This document shows positions 13,101-25,172 of a stretch of DNA of 64,000 nucleotides, in pieces. A program made the translations under genes and the position numbers. The stretch's first letter is position 1. Each line of letters starts with the position of its first letter. Under the pieces are notes generated by a model. The model did no database searches. It was not told the origin of the DNA and was given only the letters and a program-made list of their open reading frames with translations. Source of the stretch: the human T2T-CHM13v2.0 reference genome, Homo sapiens; NCBI RefSeq assembly GCF_009914755.1, contig NC_060927.1; one strand, 5' to 3'.

Positions 13101-15660
13101 GAGTTACCGGAAGCTCGGTGTCCATGATGGTCTACGGGGCTTCCAAGGCGATCGGGCAGCGTCAGTCTTCAGCCATTAAGCCGAGAAGATCTGGGAAGGA
13201 GTCAGTCAGAGAGCCTTGGGCCAGAGTTCCAGGGGCTCTGGGAGGGGCTGCCAGGTGAGTTGAACAGTCCGATTTTCAGTGGGGTCCCACACAGATGGGA
13301 CACGGCTTAGGAGGAATCCCGGGCTGCGGGCATTCCTTGGCTCGGTGGCCAGATTTCTGGCACTTGTAGCAAGCTCCTGGGGGAGGCAGTTCTGGAGGAA
13401 CACCTGGCCACTGCTGTTTAGGTGTTTGGAAGTTCTTGTGTGCTGGAGATGTTGCTGGGGTTTGTCTCACAGTGGAGGCAAGGAATTCCAACTTTTTTCT
13501 ATTATTGTACACCTTGAAGGCAAGGTTAAATCCTGTTGTGGGGTTTGAGGGCCGGAATTTAATTTTTGGAGTTTTATTTAATGTCAGGAGCAGATTGGGT
13601 AATAAAATGTATATTAAGAATAAGACGGCCCTTTGACCTTTTAGGGTCTAGGGCTGTAAAGCTTCTCAGGGTTGCTGCCAAACGAGCCATGAACTGGGCT
13701 GGGTTTTTATATTTGATGAAAAAGAGCCTAAAGGCTACCTGATTTGGGATAAAGAAAAAGGAGCATTAACCTTGACTATGCCTTTAGCTCCAGCCACCTT
13801 TTTAAGAGTAAATTGCTGGGCAGGTGGGGGAGGGCTAGTCACAGAATGAAACCATAAGCCGGACCAGGTGTGAGGAGGGGAGGTGATAAATGGATTATAG
13901 AGTGGAGGAGCAGAAGCTGAAGAAGAATTGGGACCTAGCTTGGCCTGGCGAGGAGCAGCCTGGGGAGGAGGGGAGAGGTCAGATGGGTCTGTAGAAAAGG
14001 AAGATTAGAAAGACGCAGTGACGCTTGACGTTGGGACTGAGGGGACAGGCAAGAGGGAAAGAAGGAAGATTTGGGATGAGTTGCATTGGGCACAGAGACT
14101 AGGAAGGGACTGATGTGTAAAAGAATGCCTGGATGTCAGGCATCTCAGACCATTTGCCCATTTTATGACAAGAATTATTTAGATCTTGTAGGATGGAAAA
14201 ATTGAAAGTGCCGTTTTCTGGCTATTTGGAACTACTGTCGAGTTTGTATTGGGGTCAAGCGGCATTGCAGAAGAAAATAAGATGCTTAGATTTTAGGTCA
14301 GGTGAGAGTTGAAGAGGTTTTAAGTTCTTAAGAACACAGGCTAAGGGAGAAGGAGGAGGAATGGAAGGTGGAAGCTTGCCCATAGTGAAGGAGGCAAGCC
14401 CAGAGAAAAGAGTAGAGACACGGAGAAGGGGTAGGGGGTTCTTGCCCTCCAGAAAAGCAGAGAAGGTGTTGGGGCACGGAAATAAGGGATTGGGGGTTCT
14501 TGCCCTCTAGAAAAGCGGGACTTGCCACTAAGGGTGAAGGAGAAGGGGTTGAGGGGTTCTTGCCCCTGCCCCAGAAGAGCAGAGAAGGGGTAGAGACACG
14601 GAGAGAAGGGTTTGGGGTACTTGCCCCTCCCCCAGAAAACCAGAGAAGGGGTAGAGACATGAAGAGAAGGGGTTGGGGTATGTGCCCCTCCCCCAGAAAA
14701 CCAGAGAAGGGGTAGAGACACAGAGAGAAGGGGTTGGGGTACTTGCCCCTCCCCCAGAAAAGCGGGACTTGCCGCTAAGGGTGAAGGACCAAGGCAGGCG
14801 TCCCTGCGTGGTCTGACACCTTTGAAACGTGGGTGAATAATCAGAGAGATGTCCCTGCAATGATTAAACACCAAGGGAAGGCTGCCTTCCCAGTCCGTGA
14901 CCGGTGCCGGAGTTTTGGGTCCACGGATAAAACGTGTCTCCTTTGTCTCTACCAGAAAATGAAAGGAATTGAAATTAAGAGAAGGGAGAGATTGAAGTGT
15001 GGCGCCAAGATTGAAAGGAGAAAGAGGTTGAGGGATAGTGAGGGAATTTGGAGAAGAGAGTAAAAAGAGGCTACTTACTGGATTTGAAATTGGTGAGATG
15101 TTTCTTGGGCTGGTCCATCTGAGGACCTGAGGTCATACATAGATGGATCTTTCTCATGCAGCAAAGAGCAAGGAGGACAGGGGATTGATCTCCCAAGGGA
15201 GGTCCTCCGAACCGAGTCATGGTACCAAATTTCATGCACGTCCGTGTGAAGAGACCACCAAACAGGCTTTGTGTGAGCAACATGGCTGTTTATTTCACCT
15301 GGGTGCAGGCGGGCTGAGTCCGAAAAGAGAGTCAGCGAAGGGAGATGGATTATCATTAGTTCTTACAGGTTTTGGGATAGGCGGTGAAGTTAAGAGCAAT
15401 GTTTTGTGGGCAGGGGTGGATCTCACAAAGTACATTCTCAAGGGTGGGGAGAATTACAAAGAACCTTCTTAAGGGTGGGGGAGATTACAAAGTACATTGA
15501 TCAGTTATGGTGGGGCAGGAACAAATCACAATAGTGGAATGTCATCAGTTAAGGCTATTTTCACTTCTTTTGTGGATCTTCAGTTACTCCAGGCCATCTG
15601 GATGTATACGCGCATGTCACAGGGGATGCGATGGCTTGGCTTGGGCTCAGAGGCCTGACA
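10142..15660 (-). mobile_element. HERV-H provirus 1 (deleted type; 5' LTR7 15230-15660, truncated 3' LTR7 10142-10479)
   Basis: LTR7 termini; TSD cctat (10137-10141 / 15661-15665); His-type PBS tggtaccatgactcgg on minus at 15211-15227; Gag CYKCQKSGHRAKEC, Pro LINTEATHS, RT SPYNSPILPVLKPDKPYKLVQDL..YSVLDLKHAFF; no env ORF. Confidence 0.97.
14581..14760. repeat. Three tandem ~60-nt units in the HERV-H leader
   Basis: agagaaggggtagagacac..ggggtacttgcccctcccccagaaaa repeated three times. Confidence 0.85.
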
Positions 15661-16800
15661 CCTATGACGCACTGCCACCCTTTCACTGTTTCGTCCTGAA
15701 CATCTGCTTCTTAGATCTAAGTGATTATACTCAATAGTGTGGAGACCAGAGCTCTGAGCCTTTTGTGGCCTCCATTTGCAACTGGCCCCCTGGCTCCCAC
15801 CTTTATGAGCACTTAACCTGTCTCTTCTCAATCCTTTGTTACCACCCGACCTCGGGTACCCTGTGGGTGGTGTTGAGGCTGGTCCCCAACATGCATGAGC
15901 TTTAATGAGCTGATTATCATACGGGGTCATGGTAAGGAAATGTTTTCTCTCTAATGCACATGCCTAGCCCTGAAGAGCGGCCCCTTACTGGTTTGGTCTG
16001 GATCCTGCCAGCCAGGGTGTACTTGCTCACTTCTCTTTTTGTTTTGACTGCTCAACTTCTAGCTCTCATCTTGCTTCTTGCCCACTGCCCTTTTACCTTG
16101 CTTCTACTTTCTGCTTTTAGTCATTCTGCCCTTTATTTAACTTTTAATTACCTTTGCTACCCTCCTGCTCAGTTTCCCTATTCTCCAGCCTCACCTGAAT
16201 TTTAGTCAGATTTATTTCCCATCCGCTGGCACATAAATGTCTCAACAATGAGTCCAGTGTGGTTGCTACTTGTCGCTCCCGTCAGCATAATGTCGTCAAT
16301 GTAACGGACCAGTGTGATACCTCATGCGAGGGAAGCACCAGTAAGATGTCTGTGAAGAAGATTATGACACAAAGCCAGATAGGTGATAGAGCCCTGAGGT
16401 AGGACCATGAAGGTATACTGCTGGCCTTCCCAGCTGAAGGCAAATTGCTTCTGGTGGTCCTTATAGACAGGAATGAAGAAGAATGCAATGCCCCACACTC
16501 AACCGCCAACAGCCCAAAGCCAAGACTCCCTCAGCCTTGCACCCTGTGGCAGAGCCCCGGGAGGCTGCCTCCCTTCCAGCGCTGCTGCCCAGGAGTGGAC
16601 GGGTGGACAGGCATCAGGGTGTCTCAAGTCAGGGCCACCCTGATGCAGCTGCCCCAAGACCTACAGCTGACCAAGTGCAGCTATGTCCTCTGCGGGCCAC
16701 CTGTCAAGGTCACAAGTGACAGATGCCACAAGGCACAGTGGCCTGCCCTGCCCAGGGCTGACCTTCAGGGTGGGCAGGGGGCACTATCTCAGGTCCTCTC

Positions 16801-19800
16801 TGTCTCACAGGTCCATGTGAAGAGACCAACAAACAGGCTTTGTGTGAGCAACAAGGCTGTTTATTTCACCTGGGTGCAGGCAGGCTGAATCTGAAAAGAG
16901 AGTCAGCAAAGGGTGGTGGATTATCATTAGTTCTTACAGGTTTTGGGATAGGCAGTGGAGTTAAGAGCAATGTTTTGGGGGCAGGGGGTGGATCTCACAA
17001 AGTACATTCTCAAGGGTGGGGGAGATTATAAAGAACCTTCTTAAGGGTGGGGGAGATTACAAAGTACATTGATCAGTTAGGGTGGGGCAGAAACAAATCA
17101 CAATGGTGGAATGTCATCAGTTAAGGCTATTTTCACTTCTTTTGTGGATCTTCAATTACTTCAGGCCAGAGGGATGTATACATGCAGGTCACAGGGGATA
17201 TGATGGCTTAGCTTGGGCTCAGAGGCCTGACATTCCTGTCTTATATTCATAAGAAAAATAAAATGAAATAGTGGTAAAGTGTTGGGGCAGTGAAAATTTT
17301 TGGGGGTGGTATGGAGAGATAATGGGCAATGTTTCTCAGGGCTGCTTCGAGTGGGATTAGGGGCAGCGTGGGAACCTAGAGTGGAAGAGATTAAGCTGAA
17401 GGAAGATTTTGTGGTAAGGGGTGATATTGTGGGGTTGTTAGAAGAAACATTCGTCGTATAGGATTGGTGATGGCCTGGATACGGTTTTGGATGAAGTGAG
17501 AAACTAAACGGAAAACACGAGGTCCAAATAAGAGAAGGAGAAAAACAGATATTAAAGGACTAAGAATTGGGAGGACCCAGGACATCCAATTACAGAGTGC
17601 CCAACGGGGTTCAGTGTAATTACTTGTTTGGCTGGTGAGTTTTTGGGATCTATCCTTGACAGAGTCCTCCTTTTTTAAGTTGGAGGCTGAGCTTGGTGAG
17701 GTGTGTTTTTAAAAGACCATTAGTCCATTCTACCTTTCCTGAAGATTAAGGACGATAAGGGGTATGAAGATTCCACTGAATACCAAGAGCCTGAGAAACT
17801 GCTTGGGTGATTTGACTAATAAAGGCCAGTCCATTATCAGACTGTATAGAGGTGGGAAGGCCAAACTGAGGAATTACGTCTGACAAAAGGGAAGCAATGA
17901 CCACAGTGGCCTTCTCAGACCCTGTGGGAAAGGCCTCTACCCATCCAGTGAAAGTGTCTACCCAGACCAAGAGGTATTTTAGTTTCCTGACTTGGAGCAT
18001 GTGAGTAAAGTCAATTTGCCAGTCCTGGGTGGGGGCAAATCCCCGAGCTTGATGTGTAGAGAAGGGAGGGGGCCTGAATAATCCCTGAGGAGTAGTAGAA
18101 TAGCAGATGGAACACTGAGAAGTTATTTCCTTAAGGATAGATTTCCACGATGGAAAGGAAGTGAGAGGTTCTAAGAGGCAGGCTAGTGGCTTGTAACTTT
18201 TACATGGAAGAGGTTATGAAATGATGACAGAATAGAATGGGCCTGTGAGGCTGGAAGGAGGTATTTTCCTTGGTCTAAGAACCATTTGCCTTGTGTGGGA
18301 AGAGATTGATAGGTGGAAATTTCAGTGGGGGAGTAGGTGGGAGTGACCGATGAGAAGGAGAAAAACTGCCGTGAGAGATAGAAGTTGGAATGCTAGCTGC
18401 TTTTTTAGCTACCTTATCAGCATAAGTGCTGCCCTGAGTGATGGGATCTGATGCCTTTTTATGACCCTTGCAGTGAATGACTCTAGGTTTTTTTGGAAGT
18501 AAAGCGGCCTTGAGAAGAGTTTTTATTAAAGAGGCATTATTGATGGAGGACCTTTGTGTAGTGAGGAAACCTCTTTTTGCCCATGTAACAGCATGGTGGT
18601 ACAGCATATGGAAGGCATATTTAGAGTCAGTATAAATATTGATGCGTAGTCCTTTGCAATAGTGAGGGCTCGAGTTAAGGCAATGAGTTTGGCTTGTTGA
18701 GAGGTAGTGGAGGGGGGCAGAGTGGTAGCCTCAATGATATATGTGGAAGATACTATAGAATAGCCTGCCTTTGCTGGTGTGTGGTGATTAGGCCTGGTGG
18801 AACTGCCATCACTAAACCAGGTGTGATCAGGGTGAGGAACAGGAAAGAAGAAAATTTGGGGAAATGGAGCGAATGCCAGGTGTATCCGAGAGATACAGTC
18901 ATGGGGGTCAGGTGTGGTATCAGGAATAATGTGACAGGCTGGATTGAAGTCCAGGCCGGGAACAATGGTAATTGTGGGAGACTCAAAAAAGAGTGAGTCT
19001 AGCCAAAGGATCTAGGGAGCAGAAGGTATATGTGTCAGGTATGAGGAAGAAAATAGATTTTGGAAGTTATGAGAATTGTAGATAGTTGAGCATAGTTTGT
19101 GATTTTGAGGGCCCCTATTAAAGCAGTGGCAGCCGCCACACGCAGACATGAGGGCTAGGCTAAAAGAGTAAGGTCAAGTTGTTTGGACAGAAAGACTACA
19201 GGGCACCGTCCCGGCTCTTGTGTAAGAATTCCGACCATGCAGCCCTGCACTTCGGCTGTGTGTAATGAAAAAGGTTGGGATGAGTTAGGGAGAGCTAGTG
19301 TGGGAGCAGCCTTTAGGGCTATTTTTTAAGGAATGGAAAGGGGAGTGGGGAAAGGATTTAGGATTTATGGGGTCAGCTAGGTTTATCTAGAACAGAATAA
19401 TGGGCTGTGGAGGGAGGTATTGAGGATAGGAGAGTATATGGCTTTGGCACCATGGGGTGAATAGGCAAGACAATTTGGTTGATAAGGCGCAGATCCTGAA
19501 CTAACCTGTAAGACTTGTCCAGTTTCTGGACAGGTAAAATGGAGGAATTGTAAGGAGAGTTTATACGCTTTAAAAGGCCATGCTGTAGCAGGTGAGTGAT
19601 AACAGGCTTTAATCCTCCTAAGCATGCTGTGGGATGGGATATTGGCATTGAGCGGGGTAAGAGTGATTAAGTTTTAATGGGATGATAAGGGGTCCATCAT
19701 CCATCGCCAAGGAGGGAGTAGAGGTGTCCTATACTTGTGGATTAAGGTGGGGAGATACAAGGAGAGGATGTGAAGGAGGCTTTGAACTGGGGGAAAGGCA

Positions 19801-22745
19801 GCAATGAGGTGTGGCTGTAGCCCAGGAATAGTCAGGGAAGCAGATAATTTAGTTAAAATGTCTCGACCTAATAAGGGAGCTGGGCAGTTGGGGATAATTA
19901 AAAGGAGTGCATAAAAGAATGTTGTCCAAGTTGGCACCAGAGTTGGAGAGTTTTAAGGGGTTTTGGGGCTTGGCCATTAATACCCACAACAGTTATGGGG
20001 GCAAGGGAAACAGGCCCTTGAAAAGAAGGTAATGTGTAGTGGGTAGCCCCCATATCAATTAAAGAGGGGACGGACTTACCCTCCACTGTAAGAGTTACCC
20101 AAAGCTCGGTGTCTGTGATGGTCCAGGGGGCTTCCGAGGCGATCAGGCGGCATCAGTCTTCAGCTGCTAAGCCGAGGAGATCTGGGAATGAGTCGGCCAA
20201 AGAACGTTGGGTCTGGGTTCCAGGGGCTTTAGGAGCGGCAGCGATGTGAGTCGGGCAGTCCGACCTCCAGTGGGGGCCAGCACAGGCAGGGCACGGCTTA
20301 GGAGGAATCCCAGGCTGCGGGCATACTGAGGCCCAGTGGCCAGGCTTTTGGCATTTGAAGCAAGGTCCACGAGGATGTTTTGAAGGAGCCCCTGGGAGCT
20401 GTGGCTTTGATGTTCTGAAGTTCTTGTATGCTGGAGACGTGGTTGTGGGTTGTCTTACAGCAGAGGCAAGTAGCTGTAACTCAGAAATGCGTTGCTGTCT
20501 GGCTACCTCCTCTCTATCCTCTCTATTATTGTACACCTTGAAGGCGAGGTTGATTAATTCCTGTTGTGGGGTTTGAGGGCCAGATTCCAATTTTTGAAGC
20601 TTTTTTCTAACGTCAGGAGCTGACTGGGTGATAAAATGCATATTAAGAATAAGGCGGCCTTCTGGCCCCTCTGGGTCTAGGGCGGTAAAGCGTCTAAGTG
20701 TTGCTGCTAAGCGGGCCCTGAACTGGGCTGGGTTTTCGTCTTTACCTTGGGTAGTTTCTTTAAGTTTGTCAGAATTAACAGGTTTGTAAGCTGCCTTTTT
20801 AAGCCCTTCAACTAGGCAGGAAACCATGTAATCTTGCCCAGCTATACCTGGGGAATCTGCCTGATAGTTCCACTGGGGATCTTCTAGGGGAACTGCTCTA
20901 ATGCCTTCCTGGAGGCCTGGCTTATGAAGCTGGCGGTTATCAGCATGAGATTGGGCTGGAGAAAAAACTCTTTCCCATTCATCTGGGGAGCGGGTAGAAG
21001 TTAGGTTGACACTTAAGTCACTCCAGGTTAAATTGTAGGACAGAATTGGATATCGGAATTCCTGTATATATTTAGTGGGGTCTGATGAGAAAGAGCCTAA
21101 ACGCCGGCTGATTTGGGAAAGGTCTCATGGAGAAAAAGGCACATGTACCCTGACTATGCCTTCAGCTCCAGCCACCTCTCTAAGAGGAAATTGTTGGGCA
21201 GGTCGGAGAGAGCTAGTCACAGAACGAAACTGTAAACCAGACCAGGTGTGAGGAGAGGAGGTGATAGAAAGATTATAGGGTGGGGGAGCAGAGGCTGAGG
21301 AAGAATTGGGACCTGGCTCGGCCTGGCGAGGAGCAGCCCAGGGAGAAGGGGAGAGGTCAGATGAGTCCATAGAAAATAAGGATTCAAAGGACTCAGAGCT
21401 TGGGGTGGAGACTGAAGGAACAGACAGCAGAGAAAGAAGAAAGATTTGGGATGAGTCTCATCGGGAGCAGAGACTAGGGAGGGACCAATGTGTAAAGAAT
21501 GCCTGGACATCAGGCACCTCAGACCATTTGCCCATTTTTCGACAAAAATTCTGTAGATCTTGTAGGATAGACAAATCAAAAGTGTCATTCCCTGGCCACT
21601 TGGAACTACTGTAGAGTTTGTACTGGGGCCAAGTGGTATTGCAGAAGAAAATAAGGTGTTTAAATTTTAGGTCAGGCAAGAGTTGAAGAGGTTTTAAGTT
21701 CTTGAGAACACAGGCTAAGGGAGAAAAAGGAGGAATGGAGGGTGGAAGTTTGCCTATAGTGAAGGAGGAAGTTTAAAGAGAAGGGTAGAGACACAGAGAA
21801 GGGGGGTGGGGAGCAGCCCTGGGCTGCAATGTGGGTGAGCAGCCAAAGCAGGCATCCCCGCAATTGACTTGCCACCAAGGGAATGTGGGTGAATGACCAA
21901 GGCAGGCGTCCCCGCGGTGATCAGACACCAATGGAGAGTGAGTGAATAATCAGGCAGGCATCCCCGCAATGATTAAACACCAAGGGAAGGCTGTCTTCCT
22001 GAGTCCGTGATCAGCGCCGGAGTTTTGGGTCCATGGATAAAATGTGTCTCCTTTGTCTCTACTAGAGAGGAAAAAGAACTGGAATTGGAAGGACAGGGAG
22101 ATCAAAGGGTAGCAAGAGAGGAAGATTGAAGGGTAGCGAGAGAGGCTGGAGAAGAGAGTGAAAAGACCGCTTACCCAATTTGAAATTGGTGCGATGTTCC
22201 TTGGACTGGTTGGTCTGAGGACCGGAGATTGTAGGTGGATCTCTTCACGAAGTGAGGGTGAGGACAAGGGACTCCCGAAGGAGTCCCTCTGACCCGGGTC
22301 TTCGGCACCAAATGTCTAACACGTCTGTGTGAAGAGACCACCAAACAGGCTTTGTGTGAGCAACAAGGCTGTTTATTTCACCTGGGTGCAGGCGGGCTGA
22401 GTCCAAAAAGAGAGTCAGCAAAGGGTGGTGGGATTATCATTAGTTCTTACAGGTTTTGGGATAGGCGGTAGAGTTAGGAGCAATGTTTTGGGGGCAGGGG
22501 GTGGATCTCACAAAGTACATTCTCAAGGGTGGGGAGAATTACAAAGAATCTTCTTAAGGGTGGAGGAGATTACAAAGTACATTGATCAGTTAGGGTGGGG
22601 CAGAAACAAATCACAATGGTGGAATGTCATCAGTTAAGGCTATTTTCACTTCTTTTGTGGATCTTCAGTTACTTCAGGCCATCTGGATGTATACGTGCAG
22701 GTCACAGGGGATATGATGGCTTAGCTTGGGCTCAGAGGCCTGACA
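16801..22745 (-). mobile_element. HERV-H provirus 2 (3' LTR 16801-17232, 5' LTR 22313-22745) with Phe-like PBS
   Basis: TSD ctctc (16796-16800 / 22746-22750); 224-aa Gag CA-NC ORF 20153-20827 with two CCHC-type knuckles; Pro LIDMGATHY; IN KYLLVWVDTFTGWVEAFP..IQSDNG; Env TM tail 17391-17585. Confidence 0.97.
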
Positions 22746-23109
22746 CTCTCCCCTTCCTCAAGGCTCCTTCCTCACCTGGGGTGTACGGCTCCGAATCCCA
22801 GCACCTCAGGGGCCTTCCTGTTTCATTTTTGCTGACAAATGATTATTGAGCATCTCCCGTGTGCAGGGACAGAGAAGATAGACAAGCTGGCCCCCAGGTG
22901 GATGAGAGAGACTAGTCTATCAGTGCAGAAAACTACCAATAGGGACAAGGGCTAGGAAGGAAACACCAGGAAAAGTGCTGTTGGAAGATGGGGGTGACCC
23001 TGCTGCAGATGGGGTGCTCAGGGAGGGCTTCTCTGAGGTGGTGACAGTCACTTGATTGACAAAAGGGATGGGCAGGGCCTGTGGAAGTCTTCTGAGGAAG
23101 GGAACAGAT

Positions 23110-23284
23110 GGTTTTTTAAACCATCAGATATGGTGAAACTCATTCACTATCGCAAGAACAACATGGGAAAGACCCGCCCCCATAACTCAATTACCTCCCA
23201 CCACATTCCCCTCACGACACTTGAGAACTGTGGGAGTTACAATTCAAGATGAGATTTGGGTGGGAACACAGCCAAACCATATCA
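23110..23284 (-). mobile_element. THE1/MST MaLR LTR fragment
   Basis: acaattcaagatgagatttgggtgggaacacagccaaaccatatca is the reverse complement of the THE1 LTR start; other half missing. Confidence 0.88.
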
Positions 23285-23339
23285 GAAATGCTACCTGATT
23301 TCTCTTCAGCCTCGGTTTCCTCACCTGGACAGTGGAGCT

Positions 23340-25156
23340 GGAGCCCCTCGGCTGCCTGACCCTGCTCTCTGGGTTGCCTCTAGGGACCCCACCCTGCTCA
23401 GGCCTGCTCCCACCCCTCCATGGCTGTCAGTCCCTCCCAAGAAGAATGTCCCCCCAACAGAGGCTGCTGGAGGTAAAGGGAGATGAACAAGCCAAGGTTG
23501 CCTGGCCTGCACTGAGGGCTGCATGGCTCTTGAGGCCCGGCCTGGGTGGACACTGGAGGGCACTTTCTGTCTGTGGGTTTTGCCCTGGTGCCTGGAGCCC
23601 CTTTCTCTGTGGTCTCTTGACCCAGCCCAGCTCAATGAGCCTGGAGCCCTGGGCTTCTGGAGAAGAGATGTCAAGCTCTACCACAGGTCACAGGTCAGAA
23701 ACAACTCTCGCCTTGTCTGATGCAAATGGAAGCCAGGCCTGCTTCCCACAGGGCGGGCACTTCCAGTGGGGCACAGCAGCAAGGCAGAGGGACAGACTCT
23801 GAGGGGCCCTTGAGAAAATCAAGCAGGGCCCACAGGGACCCTCTCTCTGGGGTTGCAAACTGGCACTGGGTGGAGGGAGATTCGGTATTGACACCTGGGG
23901 ACCCTTACCCCCAAAGTGGATGTTAAGGACAGCAGCACATTAGGGAGACAAGGGGCCCCACAACACTCCCAGCCTGTCCCCAGCCTGCTTCCGGCTTTCT
24001 GGTCCTTTTCTCTTGCGGGGAAGGAGAATTTTATCTGACTTTCTCTGACTTCTGGCCTTTCTTGGGCAGCTGAAAATGATAAGTAGGAAATACTGGCTTG
24101 CTTAGAGCCTTCTTTGGTTTTACTGGGAAATGGAAACTTTGGCAGATGGGGAAGGACAGTGGGAACCCCAGGAAAAAGGGACGATGCTCTGATGGTGGAG
24201 TGTTTCCTCTTCTGTTGTTTTCTGTGATCTAAAATGAGAGGTTGCTTGGGATAGTTGATTTGTTTTCCATTGATGACACTGAGATGTTCTTGGCCTGGAA
24301 TCCCATGGCCACCACAAGTTGGGTTGTTTGGGGTTCGGGTGGTCCAGGAGTGGCTCTTGGTGTGGTGTGACTGGCAACCTCTGGACACTTTTCACCTATG
24401 GATTTTTCATCACTTGTTCCAGTGAAGGACACTCCTTGGGGTCCAGCATTAGTCACTTTTTAATAAGTCTTTCCATTCGTTGGGGAAAAAAATTGTGGTG
24501 AACGGTATTCTGCACTGATCATTTTTTCTTGAGGCCTGTAGGGTTCCCTGAGTAGAAGGGCAGGGCCCCGGCCACCATGGAATACAGTGTGGCACGGAGG
24601 CTCCATACAATCATGGTGGCGCTGGCACTCCTGGCCCAGGAAGAGTTCCGTGGCCACGTAGGGGTGCGCGCCACAAAATGTTTTCAGCATCTATGCCTCC
24701 CCGAATGTCATGCTAAAGCCAAAGTCCATGATTTTTATATTGCGTTCCTCATTGAGTAGCATGTTTTGTGTGTGGATGTGTGATGTTCTTCAAGTGGCAG
24801 TAGTGCAGGGCTGACAGAATCTGCCTGAACATGGTTCAGGCCTCCTCTTCCTCGATGTGGCCTTGGTGGCATATCTGGTGCTGTAGCTCTCCTCCTCTGG
24901 CGTACTCCATCACCACATACATGGTTTCCACCTTGTCAGTCACCTGGTGGAACTGAATGATATTTGGGTGATAGAGAGTCTTCATGATACTCATCTCTCT
25001 CTCTAGAGAGCAAGGCCAGCCTTCTTAGGGATGATTTGGAGGACAATTTGGGTCCCAGTTAGCCTATGCCGGGCCAGTTCCCTGGCGGATGGTGTCAAGG
25101 ATCCCATAGTTTTGTATCTTTTTGCCAGGTGAGGTGGAGGCCGATCCCGGCTCTAT
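23340..25156 (-). pseudogene. MARK/SMOK-like kinase pseudogene, copy A (kinase + UBA + tail; start ATA, frameshifts)
   Basis: Minus strand reads QNYGILDTIRQG..LARHRLTGTQ, KTFCGAHPYVATELFLGQE, VVAMGFQAKNISVS (UBA); ~17-nt deletion in the Gly loop relative to copy C; 3' boundary approximate. Confidence 0.9.
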
Positions 25157-25172
25157 GGTGCCTCCTAGCTAC

